Of a DNA stretch of 64,000 nt, positions 10,548 to 23,100 are shown piece by piece. The number at the start of each line of letters is the position of its first letter. Within the stretch, counting starts at the first letter, position 1. Below the pieces are notes generated by a model. The model searched no databases and was not told the DNA's origin. It saw nothing but the letters and a program-made list of their open reading frames with translations. The position numbers and the translations under genes are program-made. Source of the stretch: Octopus sinensis (Eukaryota); NCBI RefSeq assembly GCF_006345805.1, contig NC_043005.1, positions 96,410,001 through 96,474,000 of the forward strand, read 5' to 3'.

Positions 10548-12984
10548 GTAGGGACAAATTCTTTGCATTTCCTAACATTGTATTTCATTGCATTAAAATT
10601 TTCAAAGAAAAATGAGACCATCATGATGATTTAACGTCTGTTTTCCATGCTGGTATAGGTTAGATTGCTTGATAGGAGCTGGCAAGGATGGAGAGCTGCA
10701 CCAGGTTCCATTGTCTGGTTTGGCTTGGTCTCTTCAGATGAATGCCCTTCCTAACACCAACCACTCCACGGAGTGTACTGGGTGCTTTTTATGTGGAACC
10801 ACCATAGATACTTTTTAAGTGACACCAGCACAAGTATATTTTAAAAGCATATAGAAATGGTAGTTTGAACTAAAGTTCTGTATTCGTTTTTTCCTTTTGC
10901 ATTTGAACTTTTAAATATTAATCTCGGAACAGATTGCCTGTTGACTTATTTGATCTTTTCATTTTTTTCTTTTTTTCCATAGCTCCATGAAGAACAACGT
11001 TGCAGATTTCTTTGGAGTTGGCAAAGAGAATGAAAAGCGTGAAATGGAATGGCATAATCGACGTTTACGATATCATAACACCATTGGCAAAATCAAAGAC
11101 GATTATTTGAGAACATCAATGGATGATCAAGTAGACTCAAGTTTGTATTTGCAGGCATTACCCCGTGAAATACATGACCCTTACAAACGACCAAGTCATC
11201 ACATATCTTACACAAGTGAAAGCACCAGTACCACCTACAAAAGACTACATCCCAGAAGGAAACGGAAAGAGTCAGTAGTATCATTAACATTAAAAGGCAT
11301 ATCATCAATTACTGTGAGTAGAATTTTTTGTACTATTTCCTGATTGGAAAGAAATGTTGTTTTTATGTCTGTTTTTCTGTGTTGGCCTTGTCTGGATGAA
11401 CTCATATTACCGAGGCATTGTTTTATAGCTGGATGCCTTTCCTGTCACTAAACTTTACTTGTTTTTCAAGTAAGGTATTTCTATCACTTGTCTTCAAAAG
11501 CGCAGAGATAGGAGATGATTTTTTTTAAACTTGATACTTTCATGCAAAGCACAGTCTGTAAACATTCATTCTCACATACATCATCATCATCATCATTTAA
11601 CATCCGTTGCCCATGCTGGCATGGGTTGGATGGTTTGACCAGGGCTGGCAAGCTGAAAGCTGCACCACCTCCAGTCTGATTCGGCATGGTTTCTATGGCT
11701 GGATGCCCTTCCTAATGCCAACCACTCTCAGAGTGTAATGGGTGCTTTTACATGCTACCAGCACGGGTGCCATTTGCATGACACAAGCATCTGCCATGAC
11801 TGCGGTTTTACTTGGCTTGATGGGTCTTAAATGCAAACACACACACACCACCACCACCACCACCATCATCATCATCATCGTTTAGTATCTCTTTTTCAAT
11901 GCTGTCATGGATTGGACAGTTTGAAATAAATCTGGATGCCTTTCCTAATCCCAACCACTTCACAGAGTGTACTGGGTGCTTTTTTTCATAGCAGCAGTAC
12001 TGGTGAGGTTACTAGGTACCCACAATAGAAGCACCTTCAGCTGAGTGGGGTATAGTATACTGTGTGGTTGACAAAATCAAAAATGAACAATGCACTTGCT
12101 CAAAATTAAAAGTATAAAATGATGACAATTTATCCATCGCATCCTGTGTGGTTGGGGCAAGCGAAATCGAAATCGAATTGAACCAGCCAGGATCCCTGGT
12201 CTGGTGGTACGTAAAAAGCACTATCCGACTCGTGGCCGATGCCAGCACCGCCTCGACTGGCTTCCGTGCCGGTGGCACATAAAATACACCAATCTGACCG
12301 TGGCCGTTGCCAGCCTCGCCCGGCACCTGTGCAGGTGGCACGTAAAAAGCACCCACTACACTCACGGAGTGGTTGGCGTTAGGAAGGGCATCCAGCTGTA
12401 GAAACATTGCCAGATTAGACTGGAGCCTGGTGCAGCCTTCTGGCTTCCCAGAACCCCGGTCGAACCGTCCAACCCATGCTAGCATGGAGAACGGACGTTA
12501 AACGATGATGATGATGATGATGATACACACACGCATACACATATGTAGATATAGATCATTATCATCATCACACACACACACACATGTAGAGGCTTGACTT
12601 AATACACCCATGTTTTATGAACCCCCCAAAAGTTTACAAAACATCAAGAAGAACCTTTCACCCAATTCACCTTCTGCTGCCTGTGGAGGAGTGCTTAGCA
12701 GACACCACTGGAAGAGGCATAAAATCTTTTTTACCAAGTTAGAAATGATAGTGAAAAGATTGCTTTGCCATGATGAAAATATTTCTTTTTTTTGTTTTGG
12801 CTTCTTCATGTTGTTGGTTCATAGGCACAGGTGTGTCTGTGTGGTAAGAAGCTTGCTTACCAATCTCATGGTTCCGGGTTCAGTCCCATTGCATGGCACC
12901 TTGAGCAATCATTTTCTACTATAGCCTCGGGCCGACTAAAGCCTTGTGAGTGGATTTGGTAGATGGAAACTGAAAGAAGCCTGT

Positions 12985-13045
<61 letters not shown>

Positions 13046-16000
13046 ATGTGGGTTTCTCTGTGTGTGTGTGTGTCTGCGTTTGTCTCCTCACCATTGCTTG
13101 ACAACCGATGCTGGTGTGTTTAGTTGTTCAGCAAAAGAGACCGATAAAACAAGTACTAGGCTTACAAAGAATAAGTCCTGGGGTTGATTTGTTCGACTAA
13201 AGGCAGTGCTCCAGCATGGCTGCAGTCAGATGACAAACAAATAAAAGAGTAAAAGAGAAAAGAAAAAGAATCGAATCCCAGTATTTGACTTGTACCATAT
13301 TTATTAACCCTGAAGAGATGGAAGGTAACGATGACCTCAGTAGGGTATAAACTCAGAGTGCAGAGAGCCATGGCATTCTATTTGATGCTTTAATCTCTCT
13401 GCCAGTGGACCATCTCGAGAGTAGGTGATGATGTGAAATTGAAGAAGACAGTGTTGTTATGTCAGTGGTAGACTTCAAGACATTGGTGATGGCAACAGCT
13501 GGTGTCTTTATGTAAATTTTCTATTTCTTTTTTATTAATCAAAAATATTTCTCTGTAGAAATATATTACAATATTGTATAAAAACTCTTTTATCTCTCTC
13601 CAGTTTTTCTTTCTCTTTATAAATATTTGTTAACATGAGTTAGAACTCTGTATTCGTTGTGTAGCTTTACTTTCCAATCTATTTTTGTTTAACCTCAACC
13701 CTTTATTCCATTTCATCTCACAGCTGTTTCGCTTCTCCTTTCTCTAGAGTTTAAAGAAAAAGCAGCCAAAACCTAGTATTACTCCAAACAGGAGTTATGC
13801 ACCAGCAAGTTTACGTATTGATGAAGATTCTTCACAGGTAAAAAAAAAAAATACATAAAAAGTATTTTGGGTTTTCTTTATATTTCTAGCTTTATCTTTT
13901 ACTAGCAGTATAGCCCGGCGTTGCTCGGGTTTGTTTCGACCCTTTAGAATTGGAATTTTTGAAAAGTAAAAATTTTGCATTATGTAGTTTGTTATTCTCT
14001 TTAAGTGAACATTTTTCTGGCTGAAAAACACCGAAAAATGGCGACACTGCAGCAAAAAAAATCGTAAAAAATGGGGATTTTCATAGAAATAATGCACCTT
14101 TTTAATGTAAATAATTTTTGGTGTTAACATGGTTCGATTTGAATTATTTCTTCTATGGAAGCCTTCTATCATACTCTAAATTTTGGTCAACTTGCGCCAC
14201 AGGGTCTCGGAGGAGATAGTGTTAGTTGAAGGCTATCAAACCTACCATACACAGACAACTTCAGCTTTATAAATATATAGAGATTTAAAGCAGAGTTTGG
14301 CAAAGTTAGGCCATTATGATGTCTTCTGTGGGCCTTAGACCTTTTGTTAAAAATTTTGCAGTTTAATGTATTTGCTAATCGTTGGATAGTTGATGGGTTT
14401 AGATGTCTTTTACGAGGGGCATTCAATAAATAATGCCCCTGACTCACTTCCCATAGCAGTAGAGCAACCACACTTGGCACAGTTATTAGTCTTTTCCTTC
14501 ATAGGAACTACCCAGAGTTATGCATTTCTCCCATCGTTTGATACAGCTCTGGAGACCGTTTTTGTAGAAGACCCCAGCTTGGTCCTCCAACCACGACGTG
14601 ACTTCAGAAATCAAGGCTGCATCATCTGGGAAACGCTTTCCTTTCAAAATCAACTTCATGGCTGGGAAGAGGTGAAAATCAGAGGGTGCAAGGGGAGGAG
14701 TTCATAGCTGCACGCCTGTGCTTCTGATCTGGCGACACGCGAGTTGTGGACCGGAGCGTTGTCCTGCAGGAGGAGGATGCCTTTGCTGATCTTGCCCCGC
14801 CTCTTGATTTTGATAGCTTCTCTTAATTTCCTCAAAAGTGAAGCATAATAGGCTCCTGTAATTGTGGTACCCTTTGCCAGGAAATCTGTCATCACTACTC
14901 CGTCCTGGTCCCAGAAGACTGTGAGCATAACCTTGTCAGCGGAGGGCTGCACCCTTGCCTTCTTTGGAGGAGATGAGTCACGGTGCTTTCACTGCATTGA
15001 CTGGGCTTTGGTCTATAGATCATAGTGATGGACCCAGGTTTTATCCTGTGTGATCAGTCTTTTGAAAAATTTTGACTCATCTTCTTGGCACATCTCCAAA
15101 TTCATCCTCGAGCACTCAACGCGTTTTTGCTTCTGGAAAGGTGTGAGCAACCTGGAAATCCATCTGGCAGACACCTTTTGCATATGCAAATGGTCATGAA
15201 TGATAGTTTCCACAGACCCGGTACTAATCTTGACCTTATGGGCTATTTGGCGAATAGTTATGCGTTGACCTTCCAAAATGGCAGCCTCAACTTGACGGAC
15301 AGACGTCTCATCAACGGCAGAAGGGGGCGACCAGATCTGGGAGCTGTTTCCACAGAGTTCCGACTATGTTTGAATTCACAATGCCAGCGTTTTACAAGGT
15401 CATATGATGGGGCATCATCACCATAAGTTACTTTCATTTCATCAAAAGTCTCCCGTGGTGTGCGTCCTTTCAAATACAAAAACCAGATCACTGCTCGACA
15501 CTCAACAGGCTCCATTTCACACTTGACTCAGTTCAAACACCTGTAAATCAGAAACCACAATTAGTTCAGAGCTGTAATTCGCCACTTAATCTATAGAGGT
15601 ATAAATAAGTGCACATGCAAAATTTCAGCTAGATCAAACAACTGCAAGTGGGTCAGGGGCATTACTTATTGAACGCCCCTCGTATATCATGAATATACAG
15701 GGTGTCCACAAAGTTTTTGTTTACAGAAATATTGCCTGTGATGAAGATGGTGTTAGTGAGGATGTGTGTGAATATTTTTACATGTAAAACATACACAGGG
15801 TGCAATGTATAAATTGTTGCCATTTTTATATTTTTAATGTCACACATGCACATTGTTTTTGACTTTGTTGACTACACAGTATAGTAGGGTCAGTTGGGCC
15901 CCACCTGTGAGAAAAACAGTACCATGATGCAATTCACTCTGCCAGAAATTTGGAAACAACATGCTGTACTTCTTGGCATTCATGCTGGAAGTTTCAATAT

Positions 16001-19000
16001 GAAGATTTCAGAGTGTTTGGGTATCAATCTGAGGACAGTGCAGAGAATTTGGAAAGAGTTGGATGACTCTAATGGTGATTACAAAGGTACGGCAGCTTGG
16101 AAAACTCACTCTGGTTCTTATGATAAGAAAAGAACTCCTGAATTTGTTGGTGAGATCCAGGCCATGATTGACAACAATCCTTCCAAGTCAATCAGGTCCA
16201 TCACCAGGGAATGTCTGAGTTTCTTATCAGGTAGGTAGTGCATGAAGACATTTGGTATTTTTCATACAAGATTAGAAACGGCCAATTTTTATTCCAAGCC
16301 ATCAAGGACTAGAAGAAAGACCATACTAGGAAGCTATTGAACAAACTCAAGTACCCCCTCCAACTGAACATGCTTTGGTTTTTCTCAGACAAGAAAATTT
16401 CTGCCAGGATCAGATACTCTTACATTTGAAAATATTTTTATATAATTTTGGTAAATATATCTGTTAAAATGAGATATCAGTGTTATATTCTTTTTTTTTT
16501 TAAATTTGGACAACAATTTATTCACTGCATCCTGCATATGTTAGGCAGGGGCGGATAGATGGGGGAAGTATGAGCAAATGTAAAAAAAATAGCAGAAAAA
16601 TAATCTGGTGGGCCATTACGAAAAGAAGTTGCTGATCCCTTATTTAAAGCCATGATTTATTATTAGAAATTCTACCCTCTTACTAGAGTTGACAGTGGAT
16701 TTTCCATGGGCAGCATTTTGATGTAGGAGAATAGCATTTGTGTAATAAACTGATATAGATACTTCTGTCCTATAATACCAGTTATAGCCATGTGGTGAAA
16801 ATTTGATTTCAGTTAGGTATGAGACATGACAGAAAGTGTAACATATATGAATCTATATTTCTACTGTAACATACAATGGGTTGTAATTTACTTTTGAGTA
16901 AATTAAAGAAGTGTTGCCATTTTTGAATGATTGTGTCCTGCTATTTTGTGATATCAATAGAGGCATTGAATAGGTGCAGTGGGGGAGAAAAAATGTGAAG
17001 CATTGATATAGTGGTACAGTGTTTTAATGATGTAAATAACATCACTTGTTGCCTATTCAGTTCATTATGAAAGGGCATCTACATGGTCTCTTGGTTTGCT
17101 AGCTGTCTAATCACCCTCATATTCTCTTCTACCATTTTAAAAATAGTAAGCGCCCACTGGACATGTAGTTTTGAATGTGCAGAAAGAGGTCATTGTCAAA
17201 ACTGGAATGCTTTTGACCATAGCGCTGATTAGGAGCTAAAAAAGCACCAACACCAGCCCAGCATGATTTCTTACATAAGTACAAGGCTGACAATTTATAA
17301 GAGAAGGATATAGTTGATTGAATTGAGCCAGTACGTACTGGCATTCATTTTCTCATCCTTGGGTTGACAAAAGGCAAAGACTATCTCAGGGAGATTGAAT
17401 TCAAATCATAGAGGCAGGAAACTAATATACAGGGTGTCCACAAAGTCTGGGTACATGGAGTAAATAAAATCATAACATAAAGAATTAAATATAAGAAATA
17501 ATTTCTTAAAGTATGTTTTAATCCCCATGTACCCAAACTTTGTGGACACCCTGTAGATGTTATTTATTTATTAATGCTCTACTGGCATTACTCAGTTAAA
17601 TAATGATATTTTAAATAAATAGAAAACCTTGGGGTTGTTAAGTGTCCGCAACGACTACAGTGAGTTATATAATCACAGCTTTGTAATAGAAATTCAATAT
17701 CTTGATCACACATACCTTCTATTTCTTGACTTGTTGAATTATGCTTTTTACTTGTTTCAGTCATTAAACTATGGCTATGCAGGGACACCATCTTGAAGGA
17801 AAACCCTTCAAACAAGTACTTTTTTTCTTAAGCCTGGTACTTATTATAACAGCTGCTTTTTGTTGAACTGCTGAATTACAGGGACATAAACAACCAACAC
17901 CAGTTGTCAGGTGGTGGTGATGGAGGACAAGCCAAAAGACCCCCCCCCCACTTCATATATAGAGAGAGAAGGGTAAAGACTCCTTTTGATCGTGGATGAC
18001 CATGGGATTGCACCTAGAAAGTTCCTCTGAGGCACAAGTCTGGGTAAGATTTTTTATGGAGGACCAGCAGTTGTCCATGCATACCAGTCTCCCCTCACCA
18101 TGCCACTGATGTTATCCAAGGAAAGACAAAAGCCAATACAGCTCTGATCCACAATGCCAAGGCAGATTCCATCCTGACGAAGTGCTTATTTCTCACTATT
18201 GTTATCTTTTTGGCACTTTCACAGAAACTTACTGCAATGGTAGTCCTGATTGCCACCATGTTCTTCTTTATATAGCATATGGTGCTTTTGTTGACCACAC
18301 AGTAGCGACCTACTGCAGCTTGACTTTTACCTTCTTGGAACATATCCAGCAGTTGTACCGTCTCATGGGGCATCATAATCTTTTTCTGGCGCTTAGGTTC
18401 ACTGCCAGAAGCCTTAGAAGTTGTAGGGCGTTTGGGCGGCACCATAGGGCTTTAATAACATGCTACAAAAAACACAGCATTCAACAAAATACTCAAGATA
18501 GCTACTGGATGCAGTTTTTCTGCCAAAAAACTACAAGATTTTCCTTTCATCTAACATGTTCATACCACCAATGGGAGATTGAGTAGCGATTAAAAATAAT
18601 CATGGTTTTGAAAAATTAAGCTTGTATTACTGCTAGATACTGTAATCTATACTAAAGTAATAAGAGAGAGAGAGAAGGACCAGCAAGTGACCTAATTTCA
18701 GTTGGGCTATATTGGCTCATGACCTTAAAGATCATCCTGTTGAAATAAACAATATGTAAAAGCACCAACCGATCGTGGCCGTTTGCCAGCCTCCTCTGGA
18801 CCCTGTGCCGGTGGCACATAAAAAGCACCCACTATACTCACGGAGTGGTTGGCGTTAGGAAGGGCATCCAGCTGTAGAAACACTGCCAGATCAGACTGGA
18901 GCCTGGTGCAGCCTCCTGGCTTCCCAGACCCTGGTCGAACCGTCCGACCCATGCTAGCATGGAAACCGGATGTTAAACAATGATGATGATGTATGATGAA

Positions 19001-19079
19001 ATGTAGCGATTAACGTAGTCTCATGTTGTATATATCTTTGGTCTGTTATCAGTAGCCCAAGTAATACTTGTGCGATACA

Positions 19080-19163
<84 letters not shown>

Positions 19164-20128
19164 TGTATATATATATATACTAGCATTAAAGACCCGTCGT
19201 TGCCGGGTCATAGGGCTAGTGCATGTATATATGTATATATATATATGTGTACATATTACATGTACATCTATATATATACATCTACACATAAAATACAAAA
19301 TACAAAGTTATATCTTGATATCGCTAGTGATAACAATACTCAAAATATATAACAGACTGGAATTGTAGGCCCGTCTCTTGTAATTTCGATCAATTGTATC
19401 TTGTCCTCCCTCTTGTATAGAAGTGTGGCTACAATCCAACCTACCTCTACTTCGAGTGGGGGTGGGGGGCAATTTTAGTTTTTTTCTTGGATGTCCTACG
19501 TCCCAGATATAAAGGTAAAAATAAAATATTTCCACTTTGCAAGGTTCAAGTTGAGTACTCCTTTGCACGCTCCGTTGACTCGAACCTTGCTTCTATTGTG
19601 GTGAATTTACCGCCTCTGATTACCTTTCATAGTTGCACCAAGACACTTTTCGAAGGTGCTTTCCTCCATGTGTTCAAATCTTCTTTTTTCTCTACATTGT
19701 ATACTTTATAGACAATAGTCTTTTCTTTAATTCAATTTGTTATTATCCATCTGGACTATTCCATTTCTGCACGCTAATTTTATTTTTAATTTATTCCCAT
19801 TCATGTGAAACCACTTCAAGTCATTGATGCAATTTTATACCAATTGCTATTTTTACTTTGTTACGATTATATTATACTTTAGTTTGATTTTAATTATTAC
19901 TTACTACATATAATTCAATTGTTATTATTATTTTTATTGTTAAAGTGAAAGTATCTGACATAAAATAGTGAAAAAGATATGAAAATTTTTTTTGCCGATG
20001 ACACTCCCCGGACCCTAAGTAAGGCATGTGTAAAATTTGAATGAAATTGGTTGTGTAGTTCTCAAGTTTTAGGGAAACACACAGACAGACAGACACACAT
20101 TCTCAGTTTTATATATATATAAAGATAA

Positions 20129-20163
<35 letters not shown>

Positions 20164-23100
20164 TATATATATATATATATGTGTGTGTGTTGACTACAAT
20201 GAGAGGTTGTTGTTGTTGAGAGACAAATACAATGGGAGAGAAGGAGAGAGTGTGTGTATGTGTGAATATGGATAGATGTCGCTATACTGATTAGCAAGCT
20301 TTAATTGAAAGCAGGAATAAGAGATACAAGATACAGTGTACTTGTATCTAAAAACAATCAAGCGACGTGATGTGTGACTATTCTAATCAGAGGGAGCTTC
20401 AACTGTGAAGGGGTGTCCAGTAAGCTGTGAAATACAGTATATTGTTATTAATAATTTAGCCTTAAAAAGTGTGAAAAAATATATATTGCCACGGAAAAAG
20501 CCATAAAATATCACGGGCAATATTTGCGATTCCACAAATATGCAGTGGTTTCTGTGAACAATTATTAGTTCCGTGAATAACTGGGACCACAAATAAGCTG
20601 GGATACACTGTATATATATCATGGGCTTCTTTCAGTTTCTGTCTGTAAAATTCTACTCAAAAGGCTTTGGTTGGCCCAGAGCTGTAGTAGAAAGCACTTG
20701 CCCAAGGTACCATGCAATGGAATTGATCCCAGAACCATGTAGTTGGGAAGCAAACTTCTTACAGCTGCATTTTAAATAAAATTTTCAAAATTAGTTAATC
20801 TGACTGATTTAGTGGCCATGAAATGGTTACAAATTTTGGCTTATTGAAAACTACATTCACTTTCTGGCAGACAACTATCATATATCTGTTTGTTTACAGC
20901 TACCACTTAACTCTAGTTGAAAGGACCATTTAAAGTTCAACAGAGCAGGCATAAGGTTTAGAAGAGACATGAAATACCAGAAAATGTCAAAACTATCAGA
21001 AGAACTAAGTTAAATATGCCAAATTTCTAATAGCTTTAAATAGATGTTCATTGTCACTGAAGCTGGTTAGTTTTTAGTTTGTCTTGAATAACATTATGAA
21101 AATTTGAGTTTTTCAATTCATTTGCATAAATCTGCCATTTGCTGCATTTTGCAACTCTTATTTTTTATTTCTTACTCCAACTTACATCATCTGAAATATA
21201 GTGGGAAATTCCACCCATGCTATAAGATACACACCTATATATAGATGCTCTCTCTCTCTCTCTTTAATACTCTAAATGTATAATTTTGGTTCATCATCAT
21301 CATCCTGTTTTCCATGCTGGCATGGGTTGGATGGTTTGGCGAGCTGGCAGAAACGTTAGCACGCCGGGCAAAATGCTTAGCAGTATTTTGTCTGCTGTTA
21401 CGTTGTGAGTTCAAATTTCGTCAAGGTCGACTTTGCCTTTCGGGGTCGATAAATTAAGTACCAGTGTTCTGGCCCCTTCCACTGCAACACCATGGCTGCT
21501 CAGAACCACCTGTCAATATAGGTGTCAAAACTCATGCAGACCAGCACAAGCTTTATTGAGTCAGATGTTTCTACCATTCTCAATGTTCATTTTTGCTGCA
21601 CCACTCATCCTCACTCTTGAGCTGGATGTAATGTCTTGCTTTCTCAGTGGCTTGTGACAATTCTGGAAATTATTAAAAGAAAAATCATTACAGGACTAGC
21701 GATATTAAAATTTAAATTAACATTATAGCACACACACATGGTTGTGTGGTAAGAATTTTGCTTCCCAACTGCATGGTTCTGGGTTCAATCCTGCTGTGTG
21801 GCACTTTGGGTAAGTGCCTTCTACTATAGCCTCAGGATGACCAAAGCCTTGTGGATGGATTTGGTAGATGGAAACTGAAAGAAGCCTGGTATGTGTATAT
21901 GTATGTACTTGTATATTTATATATGCTTTTGTGCATATATTTGTGTGTATGTGTGTGTGTACACACACATATATGTACATATACATGTATGTGTGTTTTT
22001 GTATTTATGCTTGTTCCCCCACCACCACTTGACTATTGGTGTTGGTTTGTTTATGTCCTGTGACTTGTTGGTTCAGCAAAAGAGATCAGTTGAATAAGTA
22101 CTAGCCTTAATAAAAAAATAAACACTTAGGATGACTAAGTACCAGTTATGCACTGGGGTCGATGTAATCGACTTTATCCGTTTGTCTGTCCTTATTTGTC
22201 CCCTCTGTGTTTAGCCCCTTGTGGGTAGTAAAGAAATAGATACAAGATAGAAAAGACTTAAATTCTTTCTTTTAATTCTGTCTTAAATCATATTTTATAG
22301 GTTCCTCCTCGAGAAGATAGTATTATAGATGATGTATTTTTTGATGAAGAAATAACGGAAGAAGAGAAAACCCTTGAACAAATTCCTGAAGAAGGAATTG
22401 TTGGAGAAGCTGAAATGTAATTCATAAACTATTGTTTTAGAACAATTGATTTCTTTAATTTTTAAAAAATATATTTCTTTATAAATTTTACTTGTTAAGA
22501 ATCTTTGTAGGTGCCAGCATGGTTGTGTGGTAAGATGTTAGCTGCTCAACCACATTGTTTTGTGTGGCATCTTGGTCAGGTGTCTTCAAGTATAGCGTCA
22601 GGCCAATCAAAGCCTTGTGAGTGGATTTGGTAGATAGAAACTGAAAAAAGCCTGTTGTATACATATGTGTGTGTGTTTGTGTCTGTGTTTGTCCCCCACC
22701 ACCTCTTGACGACCAGTGTTCAGTGTTTATATCCCCATAATTAGCAGTTCAGCAAAAGATAGAATAAGTATTTGGCTTCAAAAAAAAATTCTGAGCAGAT
22801 TCATTCAATTAAAATTCCACAAGGTAGTGTCCCACCATGACCAGAGTCTGAAAACTGGAACAATTAAAAGATAAAAGAAGATATAATTTATATCTGCTTT
22901 ACCAATTAATTAATTTAAGGATGTTGAGCTGTGTATATTGCCTTTCTAGATGCTCCTGTCTTAAGGGATAGGTATAAATGTCAAACATAATAAACAAATT
23001 GAGCACAGAGTTTGGGTAAGAAGATCTTAAAAAGACTGAAGCATACAGTGTGGAATTTGTTATGGATTTAAGAAGTGCAGCTTAATAAGTGTAGATCACA

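Noticed and set aside
13721-13747. Alternative upstream acceptor (cag at 13721-13723) for exon 3
   Set aside because: The 24-nt extension ends in an in-frame TAG.
20333-20612. Possible Tigger-type MITE (tacagtgta...tacactgta)
   Set aside because: Only a 9-bp inverted match in AT-rich sequence; insufficient support.
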